Of a stretch of DNA of 64,000 nt, positions 38,001 to 49,206 are shown piece after piece. The position numbers and the translations under genes are program-made. The stretch is taken from NCBI GenBank assembly GCA_965153355.1, contig OZ231126.1, positions 9,610,001-9,674,000 of the forward strand. The letters run 5' to 3'. Position 1 is the stretch's first letter, and each line of letters starts with the position of its first letter. Source of the stretch: Flaccisagitta enflata. Its lineage: Eukaryota. A model generated the notes under the pieces. The model had not been told where the DNA came from. It searched no databases and saw only the letters and a program-made list of their open reading frames with translations.

Positions 38001-39128
38001 CTGCCCACCCGCACACAACTGGAGTAGCGATGTATCCGGCCTTGTTTGTTTCAGAAATGATTTGGTTTGAGTGAAGACATGGTCAATTTGAGTTTCGCAA
38101 TTGCTATGTAACAAGTGACGCGGGTTCACAATATCGTTGCAGATGGGTAAGCAGGGGCATCCAACCCTCATTCTCACTCCAAACCCAACTCCATAAACAA
38201 ACATGCTCAAAAAGTATCCAGAATGCTCACTTTTTTACTTTTCAACCTAGGGGTGTATAAAATTGAGTCGCTTTTGATTCCCCTCCCCCTTTGATTTTCT
38301 TCCCCGTGAAGCATCGCATCATTTTTCAAAGTCTATAATTTTCTTCCCCATACGGCAGTGAAACAGTGTAGTTAAGGTTTGAATATTGGTAAATTGTGTT
38401 TTGATAATCAGTATTTATGATTTAGTACTGCCACAAGTTATATTTTCCCCCAATTTTCTTTTTTTCTCTTTTTCCTTCCCCATCTCCAAACTTACCAGAG
38501 GGGGGGGACTCAATTATATGCAGGTCTGTAGTTTGACTCGATCACCTCTACGGACCAATGAACAGACATACCCAAGGATAGACAAACGGACAAAGCCTCT
38601 TATAGAGATGCATGTCGGCAACTAAAGACTGAAACATTTTAGGGGCAATATAGTGCTTCTCTTTGCACTCTTTCTCTTCTAAACCGTATGAGATACAGAC
38701 CAAGGATTGATCTAGATTGAAAGATTTTAAAAAAATCTTTTAAATTGTCTCTTGTAAAAAAAAAGTTATCTTCTATATCCGTTATCAATTAAATGGGTGT
38801 CTTTTATTTGCCAAGTGATACATAAAGGATAGTTGTGGGCAATCCGGAGTAAACACCATTGAAAGCTTGCAAGGCTTTCATCCTTTGTAAATTGGAGAAT
38901 TCTGGCCTTCTTTTGTAAGGGCAATGTTGTTTCAACTTTCATAAAGATGCGTCAAGTTTTCAATATGACAAGAGAAATACGGACAAACTGAAAAACAAAC
39001 CGCTCTTTCCCAGATAAAGCAGTCAAAGCAGCCTCATAAAACATGTTTTTCTCATTCATTACAGTAAAAGATCTCGCCGTGGCCGAAGAATGATGCGAGA
39101 GACACAATTTGTGTGTGTGTGTGTTTGT

Positions 39129-39181
<53 letters not shown>

Positions 39182-39194
39182 TGTGTCTGTGTCT

Positions 39195-39246
<52 letters not shown>

Positions 39247-39479
39247 ATGTGTGTGTGTGTGTGTGTTTGATAAATGAATTTGGAAATTGACAAATAATAA
39301 TCGATTTATTTTGTTGGTCTTTTTTTTCTTTTTTTTTTTTTTTTGTCGGAAAAAATTTGTGGATATGATTATCAACTCTGCCCTGAAATACGTAGTTGTT
39401 GGCGAGTTGGTGTAAATTCCAAAAGGCAATCGTCTAAATAGTGCGAAAAAGCCCACGATGAGATGGTAGTCCCGGTTGG

Positions 39480-40380
39480 AGTGGGGGAAGTTGAGGTAGA
39501 GGAAGTGGGGGGCGGAAGTTGCGGAAGCAGGAGTTGGGGGTGGCTAAAGCGGAGGTAGCGGGAGTTGCGGGATTTGGAGGAGCGGGAGTGGAAGATACCG
39601 GAGCAGGAATTTCTGGAGTAGGAGGAGCGGGAGCGGGAGGAGCGGGAAGTACCAGAGCAAGAGGAGCAGGAGGAGCGGGAGTTGCGGGAGCGGGAGTTGC
39701 GGGAGCGGGAGTTGCTGGAGCGGGAGTTGCTGGAGTGGGTGCGGGAGGAGCGGTAGCGGGAGGAGCGGGAGAGGGAGGAGTAGGAGTAGGAGTTGCAGGA
39801 GCGGGAGGAGCGGGAGCGGGAGGAGCAGAAAGTGAAGGAGCTAGAGGAGGAGCAGGAGCCTGAGTTGCGGGAGCGGGAGTTGCGGGAGCGGGAGTTGCTG
39901 GAGTGGGTGCGGGAGGAGCGGGAGCGGGAGGAGCGGGAGAGGGAGGAGTAGGAGTAGGAGTTGCAGGACCGGGAGCGGGAGGAGCAGAAGGTAAAGGAGC
40001 TAGAGGAGGAGCAGGAGCGGGAGTTGCGGGTGCGGGAGGAGCAGGAGCAGGAGTTGCGGGAGCGGGAGATACTGGAGCAGGAGGAGCGGGAGCGGGAGGA
40101 GCGGGAGATACTGGAGCAGGAAGAACGGGAGCGGGAGTTACGGAAGCGGGAGTTGCGACTGCGGGAGTTGCGAGTGCATGAGGGGCGGGAGCGGGGGCAG
40201 GAGCGGAGGCGGGCATTGCAGGAGCCGGAGTTGATGAAGCGGGAGTTGCTGGAGCGAGAGCTACTGAAACGAGAGCTGCAGGAGCAGGAGCAGCGGGAGA
40301 GGAATTAGTGGGAGCAGCAGTAAGGGAATAAGCTAAGCAGGAGCCGCGGGAGAGGAACTAGCGGGAGCTGGAGTAGTGCT
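39480..40380. repeat. G-rich low-complexity tandem repeat (GGAGCGGGA/GTTGCGGGA units)
   Basis: Short degenerate units with one larger internal duplication; similar units occur in reverse orientation at about 35890-36215. Confidence 0.85.
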
Positions 40381-41702
40381 GAAGCAGATAAAAGGTTCTT
40401 GGCTGGATTTGGGCTGGATTTGGGCTGGCCACAGGCTGTCCATACCTTGAAAATTTAGCTTGATCATTCCTACCCATAGGAATATTTCTTACTGCAGAAA
40501 TTTTATAAATCAAAAATATTCTTACCACTAAAAATATCATGGTCTGTTAAAATTACCTGACCACAGAATCATATCTTGCTTGAGGTGATATATTTGATCA
40601 GGCGGAAGTGTGCATTTAAGGACGTCATCAGCAATAATTATACAGATTTACTCATCGTTGGGCCATCTTGCACATTAAAATGAACAAACCCGGTCTTGTT
40701 TAGAATTTCAGAGCCATACTTGGTCTCATGTAAAATTTTTTTTTCATTTGACCCAATATTCTTAGACCTAAAATTGGTTAAAAAAGGCGTGATTTTTGCG
40801 TGATGTGGACAATTTGTCAAAAATTTCCCATTTTCACCAGAAATTATATTTTTCTATGGTTCTGGTCTTTTGCCCTGAGAGTCCTAATAATAATTGCCGC
40901 AAAAACGATACCAACAGGTCGAATAAAATAATGGAAACATCTTTTCATTCAATCGCTTACAAGTCTGCTTTTTTTGCCCTTTTTTCTTCCCACCGTAAAA
41001 AACGCTCATTTGAACCCCAAAAAGCTACACCGTCATGGCAGATTGACCCCATTTCATGTTTCAAAACACACTAGTCAAAAGTATCAAAGAAATTGGGGTG
41101 ATACGATGTTATGAAGTGTGACCAAAGTCGTAAGAAGCAAGAGGAAGAGTTTCTGGTTTTAAGACGTTTAATTGTCCCAACCTCTGTCCCACCCACTTGC
41201 TCGACCTAAGCTTTTAAAAATGTATGCCCAATTAAGCTTCAATTGTTTTCCTGCGATCTTTAGTGGTTCCTACACTATGATAAACAATATCGTCCTTGAA
41301 ACTTAATTAAATCAGCGGAAAATAAGGAAAACTAGAATTTACAGTGTTTCTGGTTTTAAGACGCCAGCCAGAAATTCCAGACAGAAAAAAAAATGTTAAA
41401 TTTCTGTAAAAAAAAGTTGTTTTGACACAATGTTATTTAGACGTTTCAGACAATTTGGAATCGAAAGAGCTATACATTTTTGATCATTTTTTTTACACCC
41501 TTACCACCCCACCCTACCGAGTTCAACCTGGGACTCTAAAATTTTTTGCCAGTTTACGAAAAAAATGGATTTTTTGGAAATTTCATATCTGGACGTTTCA
41601 GAAAATTTGCAACAATATGAGCCTATCTTAATTTTTGGCAAAAAAATTGCCCCCAGGGGTTCTTACCCCTGCCCCTGCCCACCCCCAGCCCATTAAGGGG
41701 TG

Positions 41703-42192
41703 TGTGAATTTACGGCATAGTTTCTTGCCGTCGGTTCACGCTTTTAACGATTCACATGTCTATTTAGCTGAGCGTGAACATGTCCTTATTTTGTCTAATT
41801 TGCATATTGAGGTGTGGATGAAATGTAAAGCCCGTTGTAATTCTACATAGCCGCCGATATGTCTATTTTTGTGGAGTAAAATCTATTAACGGACAGTTTG
41901 CCACCACACCTCTCAAAAAAGACTCTAAATGGAACAAAAAAAGGGAAAAAATTAGTACACAAATCGAGATAAAACGAGACTAAAACGATAAAACGAGACT
42001 AAAACGATAAAATGACGCGATAACGATAAAAATGCAAGGCAAAAAAGATAAAAAACGCGCACACGTCCCCAGCAGCAAAATGCGATAAAAATTAAAAAAT
42101 CTCAAGCAACTCTATAAATCTACAGAGGCGACAAAAGAGCAATGCCACAAAAAATGGAATCGTTGAAGCCAACAAAAAACACATTTTTCACA
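41703..42192 (-). repeat. 3' LTR (490 bp)
   Basis: Direct repeat of 46795-47283 with TG...CA ends. Confidence 0.95.
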
Positions 42193-44484
42193 TTCCCCCT
42201 GGGTTTTTTTTATTTAAAAAAACAAATTCCTAAAAAGTTTCGAGAGGGGGGGGCAAAATCTAAGGGTAACATAAAAAGATACAAAGGGGGGGGGGATCGG
42301 ATAAGGATGGGGACACATAAACGAACACAGCACACACCACCCATGCACTCCCCCCCTGGGGACGAAGGGTGCTACTGCTCCGCAGCTGGCTCAATGTACA
42401 AACACCCCCTTCCCGTCCCCTTACCCGACCATGCTACCCAAAGGACAAAATCGGCGACAAAACTACAGCTAATTCAAGTGGCAAATTCAAATAACAATTC
42501 AGATAATATATTAATGAAACGCACCCCTACCCCCATCAAGACCCACCACCCACCGTCTACAGGGCCGGCACCCGATCACCGACCAAGGTGGCGCCGCTGC
42601 CTTAGGCACAGTTCCAGCTTATGTCATTATCAACGTTACCATCGACGATGAACCAACAGCTTCACGGCGGCCTTGGGGCCTTGCTGCGCAACTACCAGGA
42701 CAGTGAAAGAAAAAAGACAGGAACCAACCCTCACCCTTAGTGGACAGACCCAAGGGATATAACCAACGACTAACGACCAAAGAAGGCCTGAAACATACCC
42801 ACTAAAGGCACCATCCACGGGGAAAAATATGGAAACCTGCCCTAGGGGCCCGCCCAACAAGACAGGAAGGGGAGGGACTCAATAAAGGGGCAATTCAACG
42901 CAGACCTCCCTCTATCTCTCCCTTGAAAATCTCCCCCCCCACTCAACAATATGTAACTACCCCAACCACGCCGCTGTCCGGGAGTATAATCACTCGCGAA
43001 TGGATGAGGCTTCTTTTGTTGAGTTATGGGGATCATCGAAGACAAGGGCCGCCGCCAAATTGTCCATTGACTTAAACGCCCGCACGAAAGAGTCAATTTC
43101 ACCCTGGCTGCCAAGACGAGACACGAGAGAGTCGGCGTTGAGGCGCATTTACCTAGGTAAAAATGGGTGTGGGATAGGGAAGGGGGGTTTGGGGCCTTGT
43201 GGTATTTCCAGACACGGGAAAATGGCCAGAAATACATAAGGGATTAGAATATGGCAATGACAGGAAATACTACACCTAAAATAAATAATTAAGATCAAAA
43301 CAAACGTGCAGATGACACGTTAATAAACAGTCACGAAGATAAAAACGCAAACGAAAACGATAACTGCACAATAAAAACGCGAAGCGCAAAACGACAACGA
43401 AAATCAATAAAAACGACCGATCAATAACAAAATTAACACACATGAGATAACCCCCCCAAAAACGCAAGGCGCAAAACAAAAAAGAGAACAGAAACGGAAG
43501 GAAAGAGAAACCAAAAGAAACAAAAGAGAAGCGAGAGAGACCGAGAGAGAGAACGAGAGAGAGAGAAAGAAAAAGAAGGGAGAAAGAGAAAAACAAAGAA
43601 AGGGAAAAAGAGAAAGAAAACAAAACAAAGAACCGGGAGAGGGACAAGAAATGGAAAGTACATGCATCCCTCCCCATCGTGATAAAACAAAAACGAAACA
43701 CAAACAAAACAAAAATTATGCAAATCCCCCAGTCCCCATCACCTAACGACGACGAAGGAAGAGGCGCGGAAATCGAAGTTCGGAAAATCTTTTTCTCATC
43801 CTCTTCTTTACCCCCATCGAACGTTGAGAGACGTAGCCAGTGGAGGAGGAGGAGGAGAAGACGGAGGAAGGGAGAATGATCGGCGCCATCTTGAAACGAG
43901 CCGAGAGGAAAAGCGCCGCCGTCTTTCTTCCCCCATCGAACGTCGAGAGACGTAGCCAGTGGAGGAGGAGGAGGAGGAGAAGACGGAGGAAGGGAGATAG
44001 ATCGGCGCCATCTTGGAAACGAATCGAGACGACGAGCGCCGCCATCTTTCTTCCTGCGTGGGCCGGAAGTGATCACGCCCGCGCTCAAGCAATTGATAAA
44101 AACGTCCGGAAGCTACTGTAGGGTGAATATAAAGAAAACACACAAACAGAGGACGAAAAAACGTTATCAAAACACAAAACAGATAAGGGGCGGGAAAAGA
44201 AAGGGATATGCATTGAAGCGAATTGACACAGTATAATCATAGTCAAGCAATCATCAATGCCAATCACTCTTTCAATTAAACTTATCCGTTTTAGAAGTGT
44301 TGATATGGAATTCCATCGCATTCCATCGCCAAATCCAGCTGTCTAGGGCTACTCCACCGGACAAATGAAGGACCACCTAGCGGCTGGGGACGCGTCTGTT
44401 CGCAATCACGCGACTTGAAGGACATGGAGGGCGCATGAGCGGAAATGAGGCAAAGAAGAGGATAGAATGGATGGTAGGAGTGAA

Positions 44485-46356
44485 TCATTGATTAAAATTA
44501 CGGCCGTGGAGGATTGTTGCATGGACTCGGCCGCACATTTGACACGTAGGTTTGTTGTTGCAGTTTTTGGCAGTGTGTCCCTTCTCTAGGCAATGGTAAC
44601 AAAGTTCGCGCTTTGATAAAATGTCCACCCTTGAATCGACAGAGACGTCCATTAAAATGGGGCATTGAAACGTCGCATGGGGATGGCTACAAATCTCGCA
44701 GAGTCCATTTGGCTGATGTTGATCGTGTTTGGTGGAATCTTCTTCGGGCGGCGCCTGATATCTTTTGATAATTGCCCATCGTGACACCAACTCTACCAAA
44801 TTATGGTAGTTATAATCTCCCCAGCCATCTTGTTTTGATTCAAAGTCCTCCGTCCAAAATTTGTCAGCGAGATGAGGGATCCGGTTGTTGAGAATGTCAC
44901 GAATTCTGTTTTCTCTATGACACATCTCTTCCTCTCCACACACCCTCGCAATCTTCTCAGCCTTCAACAATTCCGCATATAGGAGAAAATGGGCCTTGTA
45001 ATCATGTGTTGCGATTGGAGGAGCGGATGCGATTCCATCAAGCAGGGCGCCCACCATGCTTAACTCCCCTTGGAATATCATATCCATCCGTTCAAAACAC
45101 TTCTCCAACTCAACGGCGGCAGTCTCTGCTGTCACACCGATCGTCGCCGTCATGATGACATCAGCTACAGGGCCACTAAACCAATGTGGTAACTCCAAGA
45201 GCATGTCCATTTCCGTAATTCCCTTATTATTTGCCGCCTCCAAAAATCTCCGTTTCAGAATAATGTAATCTGTGGGCGTCAATGATGTATGCGGTGTTCT
45301 AGGCCGTGCCTTTTCCAAATTCTTGTAGCCAATTTCTCTCCATCGAATGAAATTATCCGCATGGGAGGCTGCAAGGAATTTCTCAAAAGCGCCATCTGAC
45401 AAGGATTGATGGGCTAAGCCCTGTCGAGCTGCTTGAGCACCCGTTTGACGCCGCGTTAAAGGAGATGGAGGAGGAGGAGGAGGAGAAGGATTGAGATGAT
45501 GGCGATGGATTTGTGTCATCTGAGGTTCGCGGTAATCTGTGTCTGTCGGGCGTTCCTGGGGTGGTTGCTGATGTCGATGACCACCGCCGACTCCTTCCGA
45601 CTGCTCATGATCTCCATTCACCTGCCTGACAATCTCACCATCACCATTCGCAGCTCTAGCTATCCAATCACCTTTGACCTGACATCGCTGTTGATGATGT
45701 TGTTGACGAGCCTGTTGAGACGCTGGTGGTTGCTGATGGCGCTGCTGGAGCTGCTCGTGTACCGGCTCCTGCGTCGTTCCATCCATGGAGGAATGCTGCG
45801 TTGGCCTAACATCCCGCTGCTCTAATGCGCCACCTAATCCACCTCGATTCAGGGCATTCAAATTCATGCGCTGCGATGTCTTGTCAACCGCTTCCGCACC
45901 CACCCCCAGCTTATGAGGGGCACGTTGGCGATATTTAAGGATCTCCTCCGTTGTCGGGAAATTGTCGGAATACAAGTCTGTTGCGAAAAATTTCATCTTA
46001 GCCCATTTGTTGCGCACAGTTTTCAGGCTATTTGCAGAGTAAGTCCACAAGTCATATGCACCATCAAGCTCGCCCGATTTCGAAATGTCGTTGGTTTTAG
46101 CGAGGTAGCGATATACAATTGCTTGAAGACTATCACGCGCAAAGTCTGAATCTGCGGCCGCCATTTCGTCGTCTGGGTTGGTTACCACGTCGTTAAAGGC
46201 CATTTGAGCCTCGTTGAGGGCAACCACCACATTTGCACGCATCTCACGCAGCTCGACGATGAGTTCATGCTGGCAACCCGCAAAATATGATGCCAAGGAT
46301 GAAATTGAGGTGTCATGCACACCTCCGCCATCCATCGTTGCCGATGGAGCAGACAT
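44485..46356 (-). CDS. gag: BEL/Pao-type Gag (about 623 aa from the first ATG)
   Basis: Triple zinc knuckle CEICSHPHATFQC / CYHCLEKGHTAKNC / CQMCGRVHATILH characteristic of BEL/Pao Gag; central region resembles DUF1759. The ORF stops 6 codons after the last knuckle; no protease, RT or integrase motifs seen downstream. Confidence 0.88.
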   Translation of the reverse strand: MSAPSATMDGGGVHDTSISSLASYFAGCQHELIVELREMRANVVVALNEAQMAFNDVVTNPDDEMAAADSDFARDSLQAIVYRYLAKTNDISKSGELDGAYDLWTYSANSLKTVRNKWAKMKFFATDLYSDNFPTTEEILKYRQRAPHKLGVGAEAVDKTSQRMNLNALNRGGLGGALEQRDVRPTQHSSMDGTTQEPVHEQLQQRHQQPPASQQARQQHHQQRCQVKGDWIARAANGDGEIVRQVNGDHEQSEGVGGGHRHQQPPQERPTDTDYREPQMTQIHRHHLNPSPPPPPPSPLTRRQTGAQAARQGLAHQSLSDGAFEKFLAASHADNFIRWREIGYKNLEKARPRTPHTSLTPTDYIILKRRFLEAANNKGITEMDMLLELPHWFSGPVADVIMTATIGVTAETAAVELEKCFERMDMIFQGELSMVGALLDGIASAPPIATHDYKAHFLLYAELLKAEKIARVCGEEEMCHRENRIRDILNNRIPHLADKFWTEDFESKQDGWGDYNYHNLVELVSRWAIIKRYQAPPEEDSTKHDQHQPNGLCEICSHPHATFQCPILMDVSVDSRVDILSKRELCYHCLEKGHTAKNCNNKPTCQMCGRVHATILHGRNFNQ

Positions 46357-46780
46357 TTTAGCGTCCAATGGAAACTGGCGCGATAACGTTTTTAGAGTCC
46401 ATTTTGCTTGGACGTAATCACTTGCTTAATTCACGTCGAAATTCAGAGTCAGTCAAGCATCACCCGACGGTTTTTAGCACGCAGAAAATGGACCAGGTTC
46501 GCTACCACCGACCATGTCAAAGTTCAGCGTCAGTTAAGCATCACCCGTCGGTATTTCGCGTGCAAGATCAGGGTCGCCACCACCGACGCCAATGCACGTG
46601 GGGAAAGGCGCAAATACATTTCGACGATAAAAGGACGATTCATCAGCAATTTATCAACGCGTGTTTCTCTCATTGACATCACGTCCCGGCGCCCCGGCGC
46701 CTGGGTCCGTCACTTAGCATGACAGCAGCCTTGGGTCAGGGCAGGAGACACGAATAGACGAGTGAAGACGGCGTCGATTT

Positions 46781-46794
46781 TTAATAGATTTTAC
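46781..46794 (-). promoter_or_regulatory. Putative self-priming primer-binding site GTAAAATCTATTAA
   Basis: Occupies the PBS position, does not begin with TGG, and is perfectly complementary to LTR positions 46968-46981. Confidence 0.65.
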
Positions 46795-47283
46795 TGTGAA
46801 TTTACGGCATAGTTTCTTGCCGTCGGTTCACGCTTTTAACGATTCACATGTCTATTTAGCTGAGCGTGAACATGTCCTTATTTTGTCTAATTTGCATATT
46901 GAGGTGTGGATGAAATGTAAAGCCCGTCGTAATTCTACATAGCCGCCGATATGTCTATTTTTGTGGAGTAAAATCTATTAACGGACAGTTTGCCACCACA
47001 CCTCTCAAAAAAGACTCTAAATGGAACAAAAAAGGGAAAAAATTAGTACACAAATCGAGATAAAACGAGACTAAAACGATAAAACGAGACTAAAACGATA
47101 AAATGACGCGATAACGATAAAAATGCAAGGCAAAAAAGATAAAAAACGCGCACACGTCCCCAGCAGCAAAATGCGATAAAAATTAAAAAATCTCAAGCAA
47201 CTCTATAAATCTACAGAGGCGACAAAAGAGCAATGCCACAAAAAATGGAATCGTTGAAGCCAACAAAAAACACATTTTTCACA
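46795..47283 (-). repeat. 5' LTR (489 bp)
   Basis: Direct repeat of 41703-42192, upstream of gag on the minus strand. Confidence 0.95.
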
Positions 47284-49206
47284 GGGTGCAAACCCGCAAA
47301 ATGCACAGCCAGTTAGTTGGACTACCTGCTCAAGCGAAAAAAATGAGATATTTTGTCGTTTGAAAATTGACTATTTTTTCTTTTTCACTTCCCCCTGATG
47401 AAATAAATCACCTTGAGCAATATACACAACTGTCACTTTGTTCACAGACTGTAAAATTTGTTAGTTAAACTGTATTCTCTTCTCAAGGACTGATCAAGCT
47501 GAGAAACACTGAACTGAGAACCCCGCAATAACGGAGGTCAAGAAACAGATTCTATTTGTTATATTGGATTTTCCGCTTTTGCCACCATAAGAAATAGAAA
47601 GAAATGACATGATGGAACGAATATTTCATGATCGTTTTATGCGGATTTCCATGACTAGTGCACGATACGTTACAGACTTAGAGTAGTGTGTAACCATAGA
47701 AGAATCTTCATTTGAATGACTTATTCCTATCTTAATAGACTGCTCCTTACATCTTTTTCTCAAAAGCGATCTGGAACACTAGCAAATATTGCAAGCGAAC
47801 TAAACTAGGTTACTGTTAGGCCTACATAGTCATTGAAAAAATAACTCACTTCAAATATGGAGTTTATTCTTCCATCATCAACAATACATGATTCAAAATT
47901 CTTTATCAGATCGGGAAGGTGAGAAACTAAATGATTTCATGGCATGAAAGGACTTATATTATGAATTATGGATATAGTCTTTTAATGTTTAGCATCATGC
48001 GTTTTTGCATTTTCTTTAGTAATGGTGCATAAAAAATCATCAGGGAATTGAATGACGAATCTGAGTGTGTATATAAACATCTTTAAATGATTGAAAACAC
48101 TCCCCAAATCGCGTCTCTGAGCCCATAATAAATACGTTCAGCTCCAATGTTTTATATCATGGGCTCCAGACAAAATTGTCAAGAATGTCAAGCACAAGCC
48201 GTGGATCTCCCCTCATTGATAATAACTAGGGTTATAAAATGCTGGCCAATTCCCTCATTTCAATTTTTGTTAGCTTTCACAAAATTTCAAATGTGTTGCA
48301 ATATTCTAACCCTTCTCCCATGAATATATATATCCATAACTATGTACACCAGTCATAATTAGCATGCACAATATGAAACTTGACATTTGCATCGATAAAC
48401 GCTGAAAAAATCGCGACAAAATTAGCTCAAAAAGATTTTTGATAGATCATCAAATATTTTTTAACTTCGTGGTTAATTCTCTGCGAGGTGTATTGCGAAT
48501 TGTCTTGAATTCACTATCAGAGACCTGCTCTGTAAAAAAATTGAGCTAGAGCAAAAAACCGCATTCAAATCGGTGGACGCTGACCGACGCTAGAGCCTCG
48601 CACGTGTTAAAAAAATTTATTCGGTAAAAAATCATCAAGGTTGTTGTCTTCGTTTAGGCGCCGCGAAGTTGCGGTTGTTATAAAGACGGATCAGAGGAAG
48701 ATTTTTTCTTCCTGCACCATTTTTATAGATAATTACCGATAATGTATATGTTTCAGCATATCAATCGAATCCTCTTTTCATGAAGAATATGAAAATGATG
48801 GTTCCTCGTTGACAATCCCACTCATAGAGGCCTCCAACCTCTCGTCAACTGCTTCCTCAACAACTCCAGCAACTGTCTGTAGACAAAAACCACCATCACG
48901 GAGAAACCACTTGACCAATCTTCATCAATCTTTGTAGGAACCTACCATCATTTTGCGGGTACACGCTGTATGCATCTATGACACACTCGAGCACCTGCAA
49001 TGGCTGGTCGACTGCTTCATCCATATCCATGCATCTGCAACTTTAAGCAGTCATAACTCAAAAAATACCTGGCCAAATTTTATAGAATTTTTCGTGCAGT
49101 TATATCTAGTTAGCGTCTACACTTTCGAAAAAATTTAGGGCCCTTGAACATCATATTCGCCAAGTTGGTCGTCAACAGCATCTACTGTAGGCGCTATCAG
49201 CTTTAC

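Larger units (their letters stand above)
41703..47283 (-). mobile_element. Gag-only (non-autonomous) BEL/Pao LTR retrotransposon, very recent insertion
   Basis: LTRs 41703-42192 and 46795-47283 (TGTGAA...TTCACA) differ by one substitution and one base in an A-run. 5-bp TSD GGGTG at 41698-41702 and 47284-47288. Purine tract AGGGGGAA before the 3' LTR (minus strand, 42193-42200). One long ORF. Confidence 0.93.

Noticed and set aside
39434-40308. Pro/Ala-rich or Gly/Ala (silk- or elastin-like) ORFs
   Set aside because: Low-complexity DNA open in multiple frames; no signal peptide, splice context or unique domain.
44366-44378. TGGTCCTTC on the minus strand, resembling a BEL/Pao tRNA PBS
   Set aside because: Only about 9 nt and located downstream of gag, 2.4 kb from the 5' LTR, so it cannot serve as the PBS.
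44485-46368. Domesticated (Arc-like) host gag gene
   Set aside because: Flanked by near-identical LTRs and a TSD, so it belongs to a recently mobile element.
48750-49040. Coding-looking stretch after a TTTCAG acceptor
   Set aside because: The frames I translated close quickly and show no recognisable motif; possibly a transposon relic.
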